Notes under the pieces: model-generated
The model's input: the letters and a program-made list of their open reading frames with translations, nothing else
Databases searched by the model: none
Told to the model about the DNA's origin: nothing
Program-made: the position numbers and the translations under genes
Shown: piece after piece, positions 23,331-32,726 of the stretch
Layout of the letters: the number at the start of each line of letters is the position of its first letter
Position numbering within the stretch: position 1 is the first letter of the stretch
Assembly: GCA_963731265.1 (NCBI GenBank)
Contig: CAVSUE010000001.1
Coordinates: 1,504,001 to 1,568,000, forward strand
Length of the DNA stretch: 64,000 bases
Direction: 5' to 3'
Source of the DNA: an uncultured Verrucomicrobiae bacterium
GTDB lineage: Bacteria > Chlamydiota > Chlamydiia > Chlamydiales > Rhabdochlamydiaceae

Positions 23331-24431
23331 TTAGGGATTGGGCCTTGCTCGCTGCTCTTCCCATTTCAAGAGGCCGTCTTGCAAGTACTCTTTCCATTGG
23401 GCCATACTAAGACTGGAAGAACGATGAGGATATTCCAGGATCGCCGGATGGAATCCAAAATCAGTAAGATTTTTATTCATTAATACCGTGCTAGTCCGCG
23501 CGGTTCCGTCTCTAACAGGATGGAGCCATTCCAATCTCTGCTGCAATTTTGCAATCGTCCATAATTTCTGATCAGGAGTGGTTGCTCGGTCGATCTCTTG
23601 ATAGAATTCATTTATAAATTTATTGAAAATGCGGGTGACTTGCGCGCGGCTCATAGTTTTATAACCTACGTCGCATCTTTGAGTAGCTTCGTTATAGGTC
23701 ATGATTCCAAGGCCATAAGTCTCGCCGAACTCCCTTTTTAATTCTAGATCCAATGCCTGGAATTCAGCGCGCGCTTCCGGGGTTGTTGTATAATCAGGCG
23801 GACACAACGCGCAGCAGATCCCATCATCGCTATCGCGGAAAACACCGACTTTTTCCTGGCCCATTAAGACAGCCGGGCCTCCGTCAAAATGAGCGCAAGT
23901 ATGTCTATGCAGCTGCAAATACCAATTCGCATCAATTCTTTGGTTGTGATAGTTTTGCACGAAATCGAACCCCCTTTCCATGCTGTGGATAAAACCGGGC
24001 TCAGTGGCGCTTCCTCGATGCAGGCCTCTATCGAATACGTATTTAGTACCGAAGTGATGGTATCTTCCATCGATGCACTCCATCCATTTATTATCTCGGC
24101 CTAAGCCCCAATAAATTCTATTCAAGGAGTCTCTAGAGAAATCGTGGTTAATAAGGGGATAGGGTTTAACGGGTGTTCCAAAGATCCAGTCGCGAATTGT
24201 TGTAAAACAGGAGGAAATCCCGTCGCAGAATTGTTTCCAGACCTCAGCAATTTTTTGACAAATTGTGCAATCCCCAAAAAAACTCGTGACGTTGTTTCGC
24301 GAAGATTTATCGGCCTGTTGGATAGATGAGATCGTGCTCAATGCTGTTGGGATTCGGCGGGATGATTGTCCTTGGGGGTTATTATACAAATGAGGTGGCA
24401 GAGTAATAGTGAAATCCAATGATACTGGCAT
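23331..24431 (-). CDS. Fic-domain protein (AnkX-like), copy 4
   Basis: LEWLHPVRDGTART. GAGG RBS and long N-terminal extension. Confidence 0.85.
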   Translation of the reverse strand: MPVSLDFTITLPPHLYNNPQGQSSRRIPTALSTISSIQQADKSSRNNVTSFFGDCTICQKIAEVWKQFCDGISSCFTTIRDWIFGTPVKPYPLINHDFSRDSLNRIYWGLGRDNKWMECIDGRYHHFGTKYVFDRGLHRGSATEPGFIHSMERGFDFVQNYHNQRIDANWYLQLHRHTCAHFDGGPAVLMGQEKVGVFRDSDDGICCALCPPDYTTTPEARAEFQALDLELKREFGETYGLGIMTYNEATQRCDVGYKTMSRAQVTRIFNKFINEFYQEIDRATTPDQKLWTIAKLQQRLEWLHPVRDGTARTSTVLMNKNLTDFGFHPAILEYPHRSSSLSMAQWKEYLQDGLLKWEEQRARPNP

Positions 24432-24570
24432 TTAATTCCTCTTTTTAAAAAAATTGCGAACATTATAACGAAAAGAGAAACTAAATTCAATTAAAATAAA
24501 TATTAATATTTCAATGGTAAGTGTTTTTTAAACCGCACATTTTAAAGAAAAGACAACTAGGGGACGAGGG

Positions 24571-26136
24571 TTATTCTGGCGCCTCTACAAGCTTTGTGGT
24601 CGCAGAGATTTGATCGCCCGCTGTCATCCGTTTGAACTGCTTGCCTAATCTGACCACACCGAATATCCAAGCTATCAGAACGATAAAAAGGATCCCAGCG
24701 ATGTAGGGCGTGGAAAGCGCTACGCTGCCAAGAAGAATAATAAATCCTTGATAGGTCAATGAGGAGCCGGACTTTCCAATACCCGATCCTAAACCGTCGA
24801 TCGCTGCTTTTCCCTTAAGTTTAGATTCATCGTCCAGCGGAAGAAAAGCGAGTTCTTTAGTGGCATCGAATACAGAGTATTTGCTGGCCTTGCTAAGGCA
24901 ATTTTGAAGAGAACCGCAATAGACTGTCATGGCAAACGGCGTCACCCCAAATAACGTCGAGGAAACCGCCATCACGGCGTCGCCGCAGAACATAAAAGTA
25001 AAGAACCCAATTCCCATCGTCGTCATGATCAAGGGCGTCAAGATCGCCGTAAAAGTCCAGCCCAAACGGGTGACCATCAGAGAAAAGAATACTCCACCGA
25101 CGGTGGCCAAAATACCGATTCCGACAGTGATTTTATTCATATGCTCGAGCATTTCATTCGGATCGGTAAAAAATCTTTTCAACTGTTCCTTCCAAAGAAC
25201 GTCAGTGAAATTGATGCTGATATTGTATCCGAGGACAATGATCGCCAGAGGGACAAGATAAGGAGAACGCAAGATATATTTTATACTCTCGCGCAATGAT
25301 AACCGCGGTTTTTTCGATGCGGGGACATCTGAATCAATAGGCGGGGTTGTATATTCTTTTTTCTGGGGAATGATGCGGCGGTTAATCCAGTAATAGACCC
25401 CCATGGCGCCGACCCCTAAAATCGAAATTAAAACGATCAATTGACAAATGGTATGGTTCCAATGGTCCGTGATGAAGGAAAGAAAAGGCAATGAGATGGA
25501 GCTGCTGAACGTCAAGGCCAGTGTGCCCCCCATGATCGGAGCAATATTGGAGCCGATGTTGAGAATGCCATAAGTCCGTTTGGCCTCGCTCACTTCGGTG
25601 GAGTCATTGGCAAAACCCCAATAGAGAACAGTCAGGACCAGCACAGCCCATAATTCAGAAATGACGTAGAAAGTCGTGAAAGTCCAATTGCGGACAAGAG
25701 CAATAAATCCTTGAAATCCTTTGGGAAGAACGGAACTCAGCCAGTCCCCTAATCTATCCATGTGCAGCTCTTGACAATGGGGATTGAGATAAAAGGCAAA
25801 AAATAAAAAGTAAACTAGGAAAGAGGAGATGATGATATAGAAGACATTTTCTTTGCTAAAATATCTTCTTAACCGTGTGTACCCCCAAGTCGCAATAAAA
25901 ACAGACGGAAGCATTCCCCAAACTTTAATAAAGGGAATCACTTCGGCCCCTGAATTCTTTGCTGTCAGAATAATCGTATCTTTAAGATTGCGGAGGACGC
26001 CGTAGCTGACACACAGCAAAAACAGTAAAAGAAGCATAGATAGAACCTTCTTCAACTCTGATCGGTGGACCGGCCAGAAGATCGTCCGTAAAATGCTAAA
26101 TTGTCTTTTCGTGTCGTTCATATCCAAATCCTTCAT
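24571..26136 (-). CDS. NTT/Npt (TLC family) nucleotide transport protein
   Basis: GAEVIPFIKVWG, FYVISELW, WGFAN, KYSVFDATKELAFLPLD and KGKAAIDG..GKSG. Start at ATG 26136 or 26121. Confidence 0.92.
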   Translation of the reverse strand: MKDLDMNDTKRQFSILRTIFWPVHRSELKKVLSMLLLLFLLCVSYGVLRNLKDTIILTAKNSGAEVIPFIKVWGMLPSVFIATWGYTRLRRYFSKENVFYIIISSFLVYFLFFAFYLNPHCQELHMDRLGDWLSSVLPKGFQGFIALVRNWTFTTFYVISELWAVLVLTVLYWGFANDSTEVSEAKRTYGILNIGSNIAPIMGGTLALTFSSSISLPFLSFITDHWNHTICQLIVLISILGVGAMGVYYWINRRIIPQKKEYTTPPIDSDVPASKKPRLSLRESIKYILRSPYLVPLAIIVLGYNISINFTDVLWKEQLKRFFTDPNEMLEHMNKITVGIGILATVGGVFFSLMVTRLGWTFTAILTPLIMTTMGIGFFTFMFCGDAVMAVSSTLFGVTPFAMTVYCGSLQNCLSKASKYSVFDATKELAFLPLDDESKLKGKAAIDGLGSGIGKSGSSLTYQGFIILLGSVALSTPYIAGILFIVLIAWIFGVVRLGKQFKRMTAGDQISATTKLVEAPE

Positions 26137-26253
26137 TTTATAAAACCGACCTATTATTTCCAAGATCAATTTTCTTAAATTTTTTTTCACATGAGCCTAT
26201 AAAAAGAGTGGAAAAAAAGGTCAAAATTTTTTATGTCATTACAAATGTGCGTG

Positions 26254-26300
26254 ATACCTGACTCGGCCATAAAATCTAAGTTTATGGCCGAGTCAGGTAT
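26254..26300. repeat. Perfect 20-bp inverted repeat with 7-nt spacer in a divergent promoter region
   Basis: ATACCTGACTCGGCCATAAA-atctaag-TTTATGGCCGAGTCAGGTAT. Its right end overlaps TATAAT. Confidence 0.9.
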
Positions 26301-26325
26301 AATTTGTTTGATCGAGGAGAAACGA

Positions 26326-27636
26326 ATGAATAAGCAAATCCCCTCTAAATGGCTACGGAAGATTATCGGTCCACTGCTCCTGTTCACAATCTGTCCTCCG
26401 CTCGTCATGCTCGTGTGGTACACCAATGTTTCCCTGAATGGGTCCATCGAGCAGCTCTCCGCTCTTTTCGCAAAAGAAGGCATCTGTTCGACCATTTACC
26501 GAATTTGGAGCCCTTTGTTCTTCGGAACTGCAGAAGCATGGAAAATTTTGGCGGTATTTACCGCAGTGGAGCTTTTTCTGATGAAAATATTGCCAGGAAG
26601 AAAAGTCGAGGCGCCTGCCACTCCAAAAGGAAACATTCCTGTTTATAAGGCCAACGGAGTCTCCGCTTTTACTTGCACCATGGTGTTGTTCTATCTAGGT
26701 TCGGTCCAATTCCAACTTTTTGCGCCAGGAATCATCTACGACAATTTTGGGGGCCTTCTGGGCGCTTTGAACTTTTTCAGCCTGCTCTTTTGTCTATTTT
26801 TGTATTTCAAAGGCCGCTACAAACCATCCAGCGCCGATGCGGGCACGAGCGGCCACGCTGTTTTCGATTATTTTTGGGGCATGGAGCTGTATCCTCGGAT
26901 TTTCGGATGGGATGTCAAAATGTTCACCAACTGCCGCTTCGGCATGATGGGATGGGGATTGATCGTCATCTCATTTGCGGCAAAACAAACGCAGCTCTAT
27001 GGTCTTTCCAACTCAATGCTCGTCGCAGTCAGCCTACAGCTTTTCTACATTGCGAAATTTTTCTGGTGGGAAACAGGCTATTTGAGATCGATGGAGATTA
27101 TGTATGACAGAGCCGGCCTTTTCATTTGCTGGGGCAGCATGGTTTGGCTTCCTGCCATTTACACTTCTCCTACTCTGTACTTGGTCAATCATCCGAACAA
27201 TCTTAGCTCTTTTGCAGCCATATCGATCTTCCTGACAGGCACCGCTTGCATTTTTATCAATTATCTCGCCGATAAGCAGAGGCAATACGTCCGCACCAAA
27301 AATGGAGACTGCACCGTCTGGAAGAAAAAACCCGACCTGATCTTCGCTAATTACAAAACAGAATGGGGAGAAGAAAAGCAGACACTGCTCCTCGCGTCGG
27401 GTTTTTCGGGAATTTCCCGCCATTTCCACTATCTTCCCGAAATGCTGGGAACCCTTTGCTGGAGCATTCCGGCGCTGTCAACCCATTACATCCCTTACTT
27501 CTATCTCACATTTCTCTTTTTGTTGCTGATAGACCGCTCTTACAGACAAGAAAAGCGGTGCAAATTGAAGTACGGCAAGGATTGGGACAAATATTGCGAA
27601 AGAGTCCCTTTTCGGCTTATCCCGTTTGTTTATTGA
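26326..27636 (+). CDS. Sterol reductase, ERG4/ERG24 family (7-dehydrocholesterol reductase-like)
   Basis: DYFWGMELYPR, DVKMFTNCRFGMMGW, LLASGFSGISRHFHY and KYGKDWDKYCERVPFRLIPFVY. GAGGAG RBS before ATG 26326. Confidence 0.9.
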   Translation: MNKQIPSKWLRKIIGPLLLFTICPPLVMLVWYTNVSLNGSIEQLSALFAKEGICSTIYRIWSPLFFGTAEAWKILAVFTAVELFLMKILPGRKVEAPATPKGNIPVYKANGVSAFTCTMVLFYLGSVQFQLFAPGIIYDNFGGLLGALNFFSLLFCLFLYFKGRYKPSSADAGTSGHAVFDYFWGMELYPRIFGWDVKMFTNCRFGMMGWGLIVISFAAKQTQLYGLSNSMLVAVSLQLFYIAKFFWWETGYLRSMEIMYDRAGLFICWGSMVWLPAIYTSPTLYLVNHPNNLSSFAAISIFLTGTACIFINYLADKQRQYVRTKNGDCTVWKKKPDLIFANYKTEWGEEKQTLLLASGFSGISRHFHYLPEMLGTLCWSIPALSTHYIPYFYLTFLFLLLIDRSYRQEKRCKLKYGKDWDKYCERVPFRLIPFVY

Positions 27637-28339
27637 TAATACCAACAAGCCGCATCGGAGCTTCAGCTCCGACTGTAATTTTTAAGGGAAGCGCAAGCGC
27701 AAAGCCCCCTTTTGCTGGCATCTTTGAAAGCTGGGCGGCATTTTCGATGATGTATTTTCCCGCCCTCAACAGACATTCATGGACAGGAAACTTTGCCCCT
27801 GGGCCATTGTTTGATCCATCCGGGGAAAGAGTGTCGATGCCTAGGCCGACGATCTTTCTTTCCAAAAGCAATTCTGCTGCTTTGACGTGGAATCCCGGAA
27901 AATGCATCTTTCCCGAAAGGTCCGCATTGCGGTAACGGCCGACATCTCCCCAAAATTTTTCCCATCCGGTATAAGCAAAGACAAGACTCCCCTCTTCGAT
28001 CTTCCCCCATTTTTTTTCATGCTCAAGGATGTCTTCGTGCCCGACAAAGAAATCAGGATGAGATTTAGCGGAGACATCGATAATGCTTGTCGGGACAATC
28101 AGCTGGCTCAAGGGGATATCAGACATCACAGCTCCATCGGGGTAAAAATGAGCGGGCGCATCCATGTGCGTCCCCACTCCCGCGTGGCATTTATAAAGGA
28201 GTACACGGACTCCTTGATCGTAGTCCATTTTGACCTCGAAATGGAATCCACAGCTTCCCGTCCACGTTGGAACTGAGCTGTCGACGGCGTGGGTTAAATC
28301 GATCGCTTCGAAATTTTCAAGCAGTTTCATACAAGCCAT
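27617..28339 (-). CDS. Cyclase/kynurenine formamidase family metallohydrolase
   Basis: HAGVGTHMDAPAHF, GIDTLSPD and IIENA. Start uncertain. Confidence 0.85.
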   Translation of the reverse strand: MACMKLLENFEAIDLTHAVDSSVPTWTGSCGFHFEVKMDYDQGVRVLLYKCHAGVGTHMDAPAHFYPDGAVMSDIPLSQLIVPTSIIDVSAKSHPDFFVGHEDILEHEKKWGKIEEGSLVFAYTGWEKFWGDVGRYRNADLSGKMHFPGFHVKAAELLLERKIVGLGIDTLSPDGSNNGPGAKFPVHECLLRAGKYIIENAAQLSKMPAKGGFALALPLKITVGAEAPMRLVGIINKQTG

Positions 28340-28440
28340 TTTAACTTTGTCCGCGGACAATATCAAGGGAAGACTTTCTTCACTTGATATTAATTAAAAT
28401 TAATTATAACAAGAAATTAACAACAAATGAAAATAAACGG

Positions 28441-29352
28441 ATGCGATTTTTTAAGAACAAAATAATTTCAAAAACAATCGCTTTATCTTCTTGTTTCTTC
28501 CCTTTGCAAAATAATATCGATTGTCCGCAAAGCGTCGAAACGTTTTGCCAAAATCCCTGTGCCCCTCTCAATTCCCTTTTTCCCTCTTCTCCCTGTTTGT
28601 GCCGCTCCCTTGATCTCATGACGAAGGTGCCCTTTGTCGCTGCAGCCGCCCAAGGGGACCTCGAAATGGTAAAAACTCTCTTCAAGCAGGTGAGAAAAAG
28701 CTCATGCGAATTTGACCAGGAAATCCTCGATCAAGCCTGTCTCGCTGCTTCCTCATTTGGCCATCTTCATGTGCTCGAATTCTTATTCGACGCTTTAATT
28801 CCCGAAATGAGCTGCTACTTTGCCCCTGAATGGACATTAAGCAATTGCTGCATCTGCGCTGCAGCGCATGGCCATCGGGAAACCTTGAAATTCTTGCTCT
28901 TCAAAATTTCCCCTCAGAGGAGCAATTTTATCACTCCTGAACTCTTAAACCAATGCTGTCTTGCCGCGTCTGCTAATGGCCATCGCAAAACACTGAAATT
29001 TCTGATCAAAGAAGTTTTCCCAGAGAATCTCTTAAGGGCAGGTTTCGATGTTGTCCATCGCTGCAGCTTTGCAGCTTCTTCGTTTGGCCACGTCGACGTA
29101 CTGAAATTCCTCTTTTTCAAAGTGCTCCCTGAAATCACTTTTCTCCTCGACAGCCTCAGCTTTAATGCCGCTTTGTTCGGCGCTTCGAAACATGGCCAGC
29201 TCGAAGTGCTTCGCTTTTTATTCAAATTAGCATCATCGGAAAACTATTGGTATCTTGAACCCGATGTACTCGAAAATTGCTGTCTGATCGCTTCCAGCAA
29301 TGGGCATTTGGAGACTGCAGATTTCATCCTTGAGCATGCAACGATGGATTAA
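28441..29352 (+). CDS. Ankyrin-repeat protein
   Basis: About 7 repeats of the A(A/S)xxGHLxxLxFL type. Confidence 0.75.
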   Translation: MRFFKNKIISKTIALSSCFFPLQNNIDCPQSVETFCQNPCAPLNSLFPSSPCLCRSLDLMTKVPFVAAAAQGDLEMVKTLFKQVRKSSCEFDQEILDQACLAASSFGHLHVLEFLFDALIPEMSCYFAPEWTLSNCCICAAAHGHRETLKFLLFKISPQRSNFITPELLNQCCLAASANGHRKTLKFLIKEVFPENLLRAGFDVVHRCSFAASSFGHVDVLKFLFFKVLPEITFLLDSLSFNAALFGASKHGQLEVLRFLFKLASSENYWYLEPDVLENCCLIASSNGHLETADFILEHATMD

Positions 29353-29672
29353 TTTTTTTCTTGAGTTGCTTACAGATATTTGAAATGATTGAGCATCGTG
29401 TTTTCAAAACGAAACGGGTTTAGTGGCCAGCTTTTCAAACAACGCCAATATCCTTATCCCGTTCAAGCCAGTTTTATAGCTCGTAAATGGTGAAACTCTC
29501 GTGCCAAGGGGGGAATATCAAATTGTCAACGCGGTTTTTTAATGGGAAATTCAGCCTCTAAAATCTTGCTCTTACCGAATTTTCTAGCGAAAATTTACTC
29601 TAACTCTTAAAATTCTTCAGTTTGTTTCCAAATCATGCTATACTCCTCGGCTTTATATACTGTTGAGGCTCT

Positions 29673-30446
29673 ATGATGACATCTTTTATAAAAAAATTAT
29701 TTACTGGAATTCTTATGTTTGGATCTTTTTTCTCCGCTTCCCTCCATTCCGGCGAAAAAGCGGAAAATGTCCCTTCTCCCCTCGTTCTCATCTTGCTTGG
29801 CCCTCCCGGATCGGGCAAAGGAACGCAAGCGGCCATGCTACAGGACAAATTGCATCTGCCCCACATTTCCACAGGAGATTTACTGAGGGATCACGTCCGC
29901 CGCGACACGGCCCTTGGAAAAGAAGTGAAAACCTACATGGATAAAGGCCAGCTTGTCCCGGATGCTTTAATCTTCGACATGCTCTTTGAAAGAGTTTCTC
30001 ACAAAGATTGCGCCAATGGATACATCCTGGATGGATTTCCGCGTACGTTGCCTCAGGCGGAAGCTCTTCAGACCCGTTTAAAAGGGAAGCAAGTCCCTAT
30101 CGTCATCAATTTAGATCTATCTGATGCAAAAATCATCGAACGATTGACAAATCGTGTGTCTTGTGAAAAATGCGGCACGCCCTACCAGCTGATCTATTCT
30201 CCGCCAAAAACAAAAGGAAAATGCGATAAATGCGACGGAAACCTGATCCAACGCTCCGATGATACGGAAGCAGTGATCACAAAACGGTTGAAGGTCTACC
30301 ATGAACAGACAGCCCCTTTGATTGCGTTTTATTCGAAGCAAAAGCTGTTGCATACCGTCAATTGCGATACCCAAAAAGAAAAGGCGTTTTCTCAGGTGAT
30401 TGCACAAATTCCTCCTGACAAAAATGGATATACTCCTTACAGTTGA
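29673..30446 (+). CDS. adk: Adenylate kinase with N-terminal signal-peptide-like extension
   Basis: GPPGSGKGTQ, HISTGDLLR, ILDGFPRT, CxxC/CxxC lid and QRSDD. Confidence 0.93.
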   Translation: MMTSFIKKLFTGILMFGSFFSASLHSGEKAENVPSPLVLILLGPPGSGKGTQAAMLQDKLHLPHISTGDLLRDHVRRDTALGKEVKTYMDKGQLVPDALIFDMLFERVSHKDCANGYILDGFPRTLPQAEALQTRLKGKQVPIVINLDLSDAKIIERLTNRVSCEKCGTPYQLIYSPPKTKGKCDKCDGNLIQRSDDTEAVITKRLKVYHEQTAPLIAFYSKQKLLHTVNCDTQKEKAFSQVIAQIPPDKNGYTPYS

Positions 30447-30613
30447 AAGTTATAGAAAATTTCAATTTCAGCGCTTCAATTTTTTGTTCGTTGAAGCAGA
30501 CCATGTCCCAGCACCTGGTCGATGGAAACGAATAAAAAGGCCGTGGCAAACCACGGCCGTAAGTGAAGATGCTGAAGCAGAAGTTCTCTTAACTTTCAAG
30601 TGGATGTAGTATA
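30429..30613. mobile_element. MITE-like element, family A (TATACT...AGTATA ends)
   Basis: Imperfect ~34-bp TIRs, internal GGCCGTGG/CCACGGCC hairpin, homologous to 32444-32593. Confidence 0.75.
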
Positions 30614-30654
30614 GTTCAAATTTCGGAAAGTAGTTCATCTATGCAGGAATTGGC

Positions 30655-30832
30655 CTAGTGCCCCGTTTCAGAAACTTTTGGAATAATTTCTGCGTCAAAG
30701 CCGATATAATCGACGATCGCAAGTTGATCCGTATTGAATTAATACGGATCAACTTGCGAAGCCTGCGGTCGTCGATTCTAGCGAGCTTTCACGCTAGAAA
30801 TTAACTCAAAAATTTTTGAAACGGGGCACTAG
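30655..30832. mobile_element. MITE-like element, family B (CTAG-flanked)
   Basis: CTAGTGCCCCGTTTCA...TGAAACGGGGCACTAG ends. Internal perfect hairpin TCGCAAGTTGATCCGTATT/AATACGGATCAACTTGCGA. Confidence 0.8.
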
Positions 30833-30880
30833 TCGTCATCGGCCTGTTGATTTGGCTAGGCCCCCAAGCTTTGAGGACAA

Positions 30881-31864
30881 TTGAACACACCGCTCTTGTT
30901 TTTGCCATTGATTACAGATGATGAAGATAAAAGTTCTCCCTTGAAAAATCGGATACGAAAAAATTACCGTCATTTAAGAAAATGGGGCAATCGAACAAAA
31001 ACAAATTGCTTTCGAATTTATGATAGGGACATCAAGGAATACCCGCTAGCAATCGATTTTTATGATGGGCGTTTCTGCGTCCACTATTTTACTAGCACTC
31101 GCGAGACCGATGTGCCTCGTCAAGAGCTTTACGAGGCGGTCATGGGCGCCATCGACTCGCTCTTTCATGCATCGCCCGAGTCGATCTACTGGCGCACTAG
31201 AGTAAAGAGGGATAAGACAGAGCAATACGAAAAAACAAGCGGTACGAAACAGTTTTTTTCTGTTTATGAGTATGGACTACAATTCAAAGTCAACTTGACC
31301 GATTATCTAGACACAGGACTCTTTCTCGACCATCGAGAAACCCGTCAGCTGGTAGCTTCAATGGCTTCAAGAAAGAGGCTGCTGAATCTTTTCGCGTATA
31401 CTTGTTCATTCAGCGTTCATGCAGCCGCTGCAGGAGCCCTTTTCACCAAGAGCGTAGATCTCTCCAATACTTATACTGAGTGGGGCCGGGAAAACTTTCT
31501 ATTGAATTCACTTCCTTTGGCAAACAACCTTATTCTCCGAGAAGATTGTCTTAAGTTTCTCCAAGAGGAACGAGGGGTCTATGACCTGATTGTAATCGAT
31601 CCTCCGACGATTTCCCGTTCTAAAAAAATGGACCAAATGTTCGACATTCAAAAAGATTATCCCTTTTTAATCTCTAAAGCATTATCACTTTTATCTCGTG
31701 ATGGTGTTCTTATTTTTAGTACTAATTCTCGTGACTTTGATTTCGACGCGAGTTTATTTGATGGATGCGCTATCGTCGACATCTCTAAAAAAACGATTCC
31801 TCTCGATTTTCACAATCAAAAAATCCACCGCTGCTGGAAGATTTCTTTCACACCCCTTGCCTAA
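30881..31864 (+). CDS. rRNA SAM-methyltransferase, RlmK/RlmI-like (stand-alone)
   Basis: NRIRKN..CFRIYDRD, DYLDTGLFLDHR, LNLFAYT and IVIDPPT. Confidence 0.85.
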   Translation: MNTPLLFLPLITDDEDKSSPLKNRIRKNYRHLRKWGNRTKTNCFRIYDRDIKEYPLAIDFYDGRFCVHYFTSTRETDVPRQELYEAVMGAIDSLFHASPESIYWRTRVKRDKTEQYEKTSGTKQFFSVYEYGLQFKVNLTDYLDTGLFLDHRETRQLVASMASRKRLLNLFAYTCSFSVHAAAAGALFTKSVDLSNTYTEWGRENFLLNSLPLANNLILREDCLKFLQEERGVYDLIVIDPPTISRSKKMDQMFDIQKDYPFLISKALSLLSRDGVLIFSTNSRDFDFDASLFDGCAIVDISKKTIPLDFHNQKIHRCWKISFTPLA

Positions 31865-31867
31865 CCC

Positions 31868-32010
31868 CTTTATCTGAAAAAATCGATGATTTTGCCGCTG
31901 ATTTTAACGGATCTCCTTATCGGCGCAATTTAGGTCGTCTCGTGAATGCAATAAGAGCCAGCAACCTTGCCCTAAAATCCAAAGAAAAATCTCCGATTTT
32001 TCAGGTAAAG
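31868..32010. repeat. Degenerate palindromic element
   Basis: CTTTATCTGAAAAAATCG … CGATTTTTCAGGTAAAG imperfect terminal inverted repeats between convergent genes. Confidence 0.5.
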
Positions 32011-32029
32011 CGAATGACGTAAGCGCGCT

Positions 32030-32230
32030 CTATTTCTTCTTAATTGAGCATGAGTTTTTGCCCAGAATCTGATAAAGAGCACACCATCCGACGATTGACT
32101 CAAACAAAACAAACAAAGCTGCCGCAAAGATGATCCAATTGACCCTCCAATAGGCGATAACTAGAAACAACAGAGCAATGATAAGACGGATGAGTCGGTC
32201 AGAAAAACCTATGTTTTGGGACAATTTCAT
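32030..32230 (-). CDS. DUF2892/YgaP-like small membrane protein
   Basis: NIGFSDRLIR … GWCALYQILGKNSC pattern, 2 TM segments. Confidence 0.8.
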   Translation of the reverse strand: MKLSQNIGFSDRLIRLIIALLFLVIAYWRVNWIIFAAALFVLFESIVGWCALYQILGKNSCSIKKK

Positions 32231-32443
32231 AAACAGTTAAGTTCTAAATTTTAGTCACGGAGCCCTTTATTATCGTATGACACTTTTGAAATTTGCTCCA
32301 ATCAAAAGCTCCGATTGCAGAAAAAAATCTCAGGTAGAGAGATGCTCCATGGGAAACCGATTGTTACTACACCACTCAGATAGGTCGCAAATAGCTTGTG
32401 TGGGTAACCCCTGTGGAGTGAGCAAGCAAATCGCCAATGAGGC

Positions 32444-32593
32444 TATACTGCTGACACCTGAAAAATTCCAGCGCTTCAATTTTTTGTTTGTGGAAGCAGG
32501 CCCTATGCAAGACAAAAGCCCGTGATAAAACCACGGGCGTAAGTGGAGATGCCGAAGCAGAAATTTTCCTAACTTTCAAGTGGAAGCAGTATA
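32444..32593. mobile_element. MITE-like element, family A, second copy
   Basis: Shares CAGCGCTTCAATTTTTTGTT and GAAGCAGAA…TAACTTTCAAGTGGA…AGTATA with 30429-30613. Confidence 0.75.
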
Positions 32594-32726
32594 TACTCGG
32601 AAACGAATCAAAGACAGAAAAAGGATCAGAACAAGGGCGCCTCGTTAGTTTAAAAGAATATCGTTGCTAATATATTTGCTTCTGGAACATACTATTTGTG
32701 TTCGCTAAAACAATAATCAAAGTGAG

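Noticed and set aside
20116..24431. Fic genes as toxin-antitoxin modules repaired by the adjacent RtcB
   Set aside because: No small antitoxin or (S/T)xxxE(G/N) inhibitory motif was recognised, Fic enzymes do not cleave RNA, and the genes are merely convergent.
29360..29560. Possible gene or transposase remnant in the ankyrin-adk spacer
   Set aside because: No convincing reading frame or motif was found.
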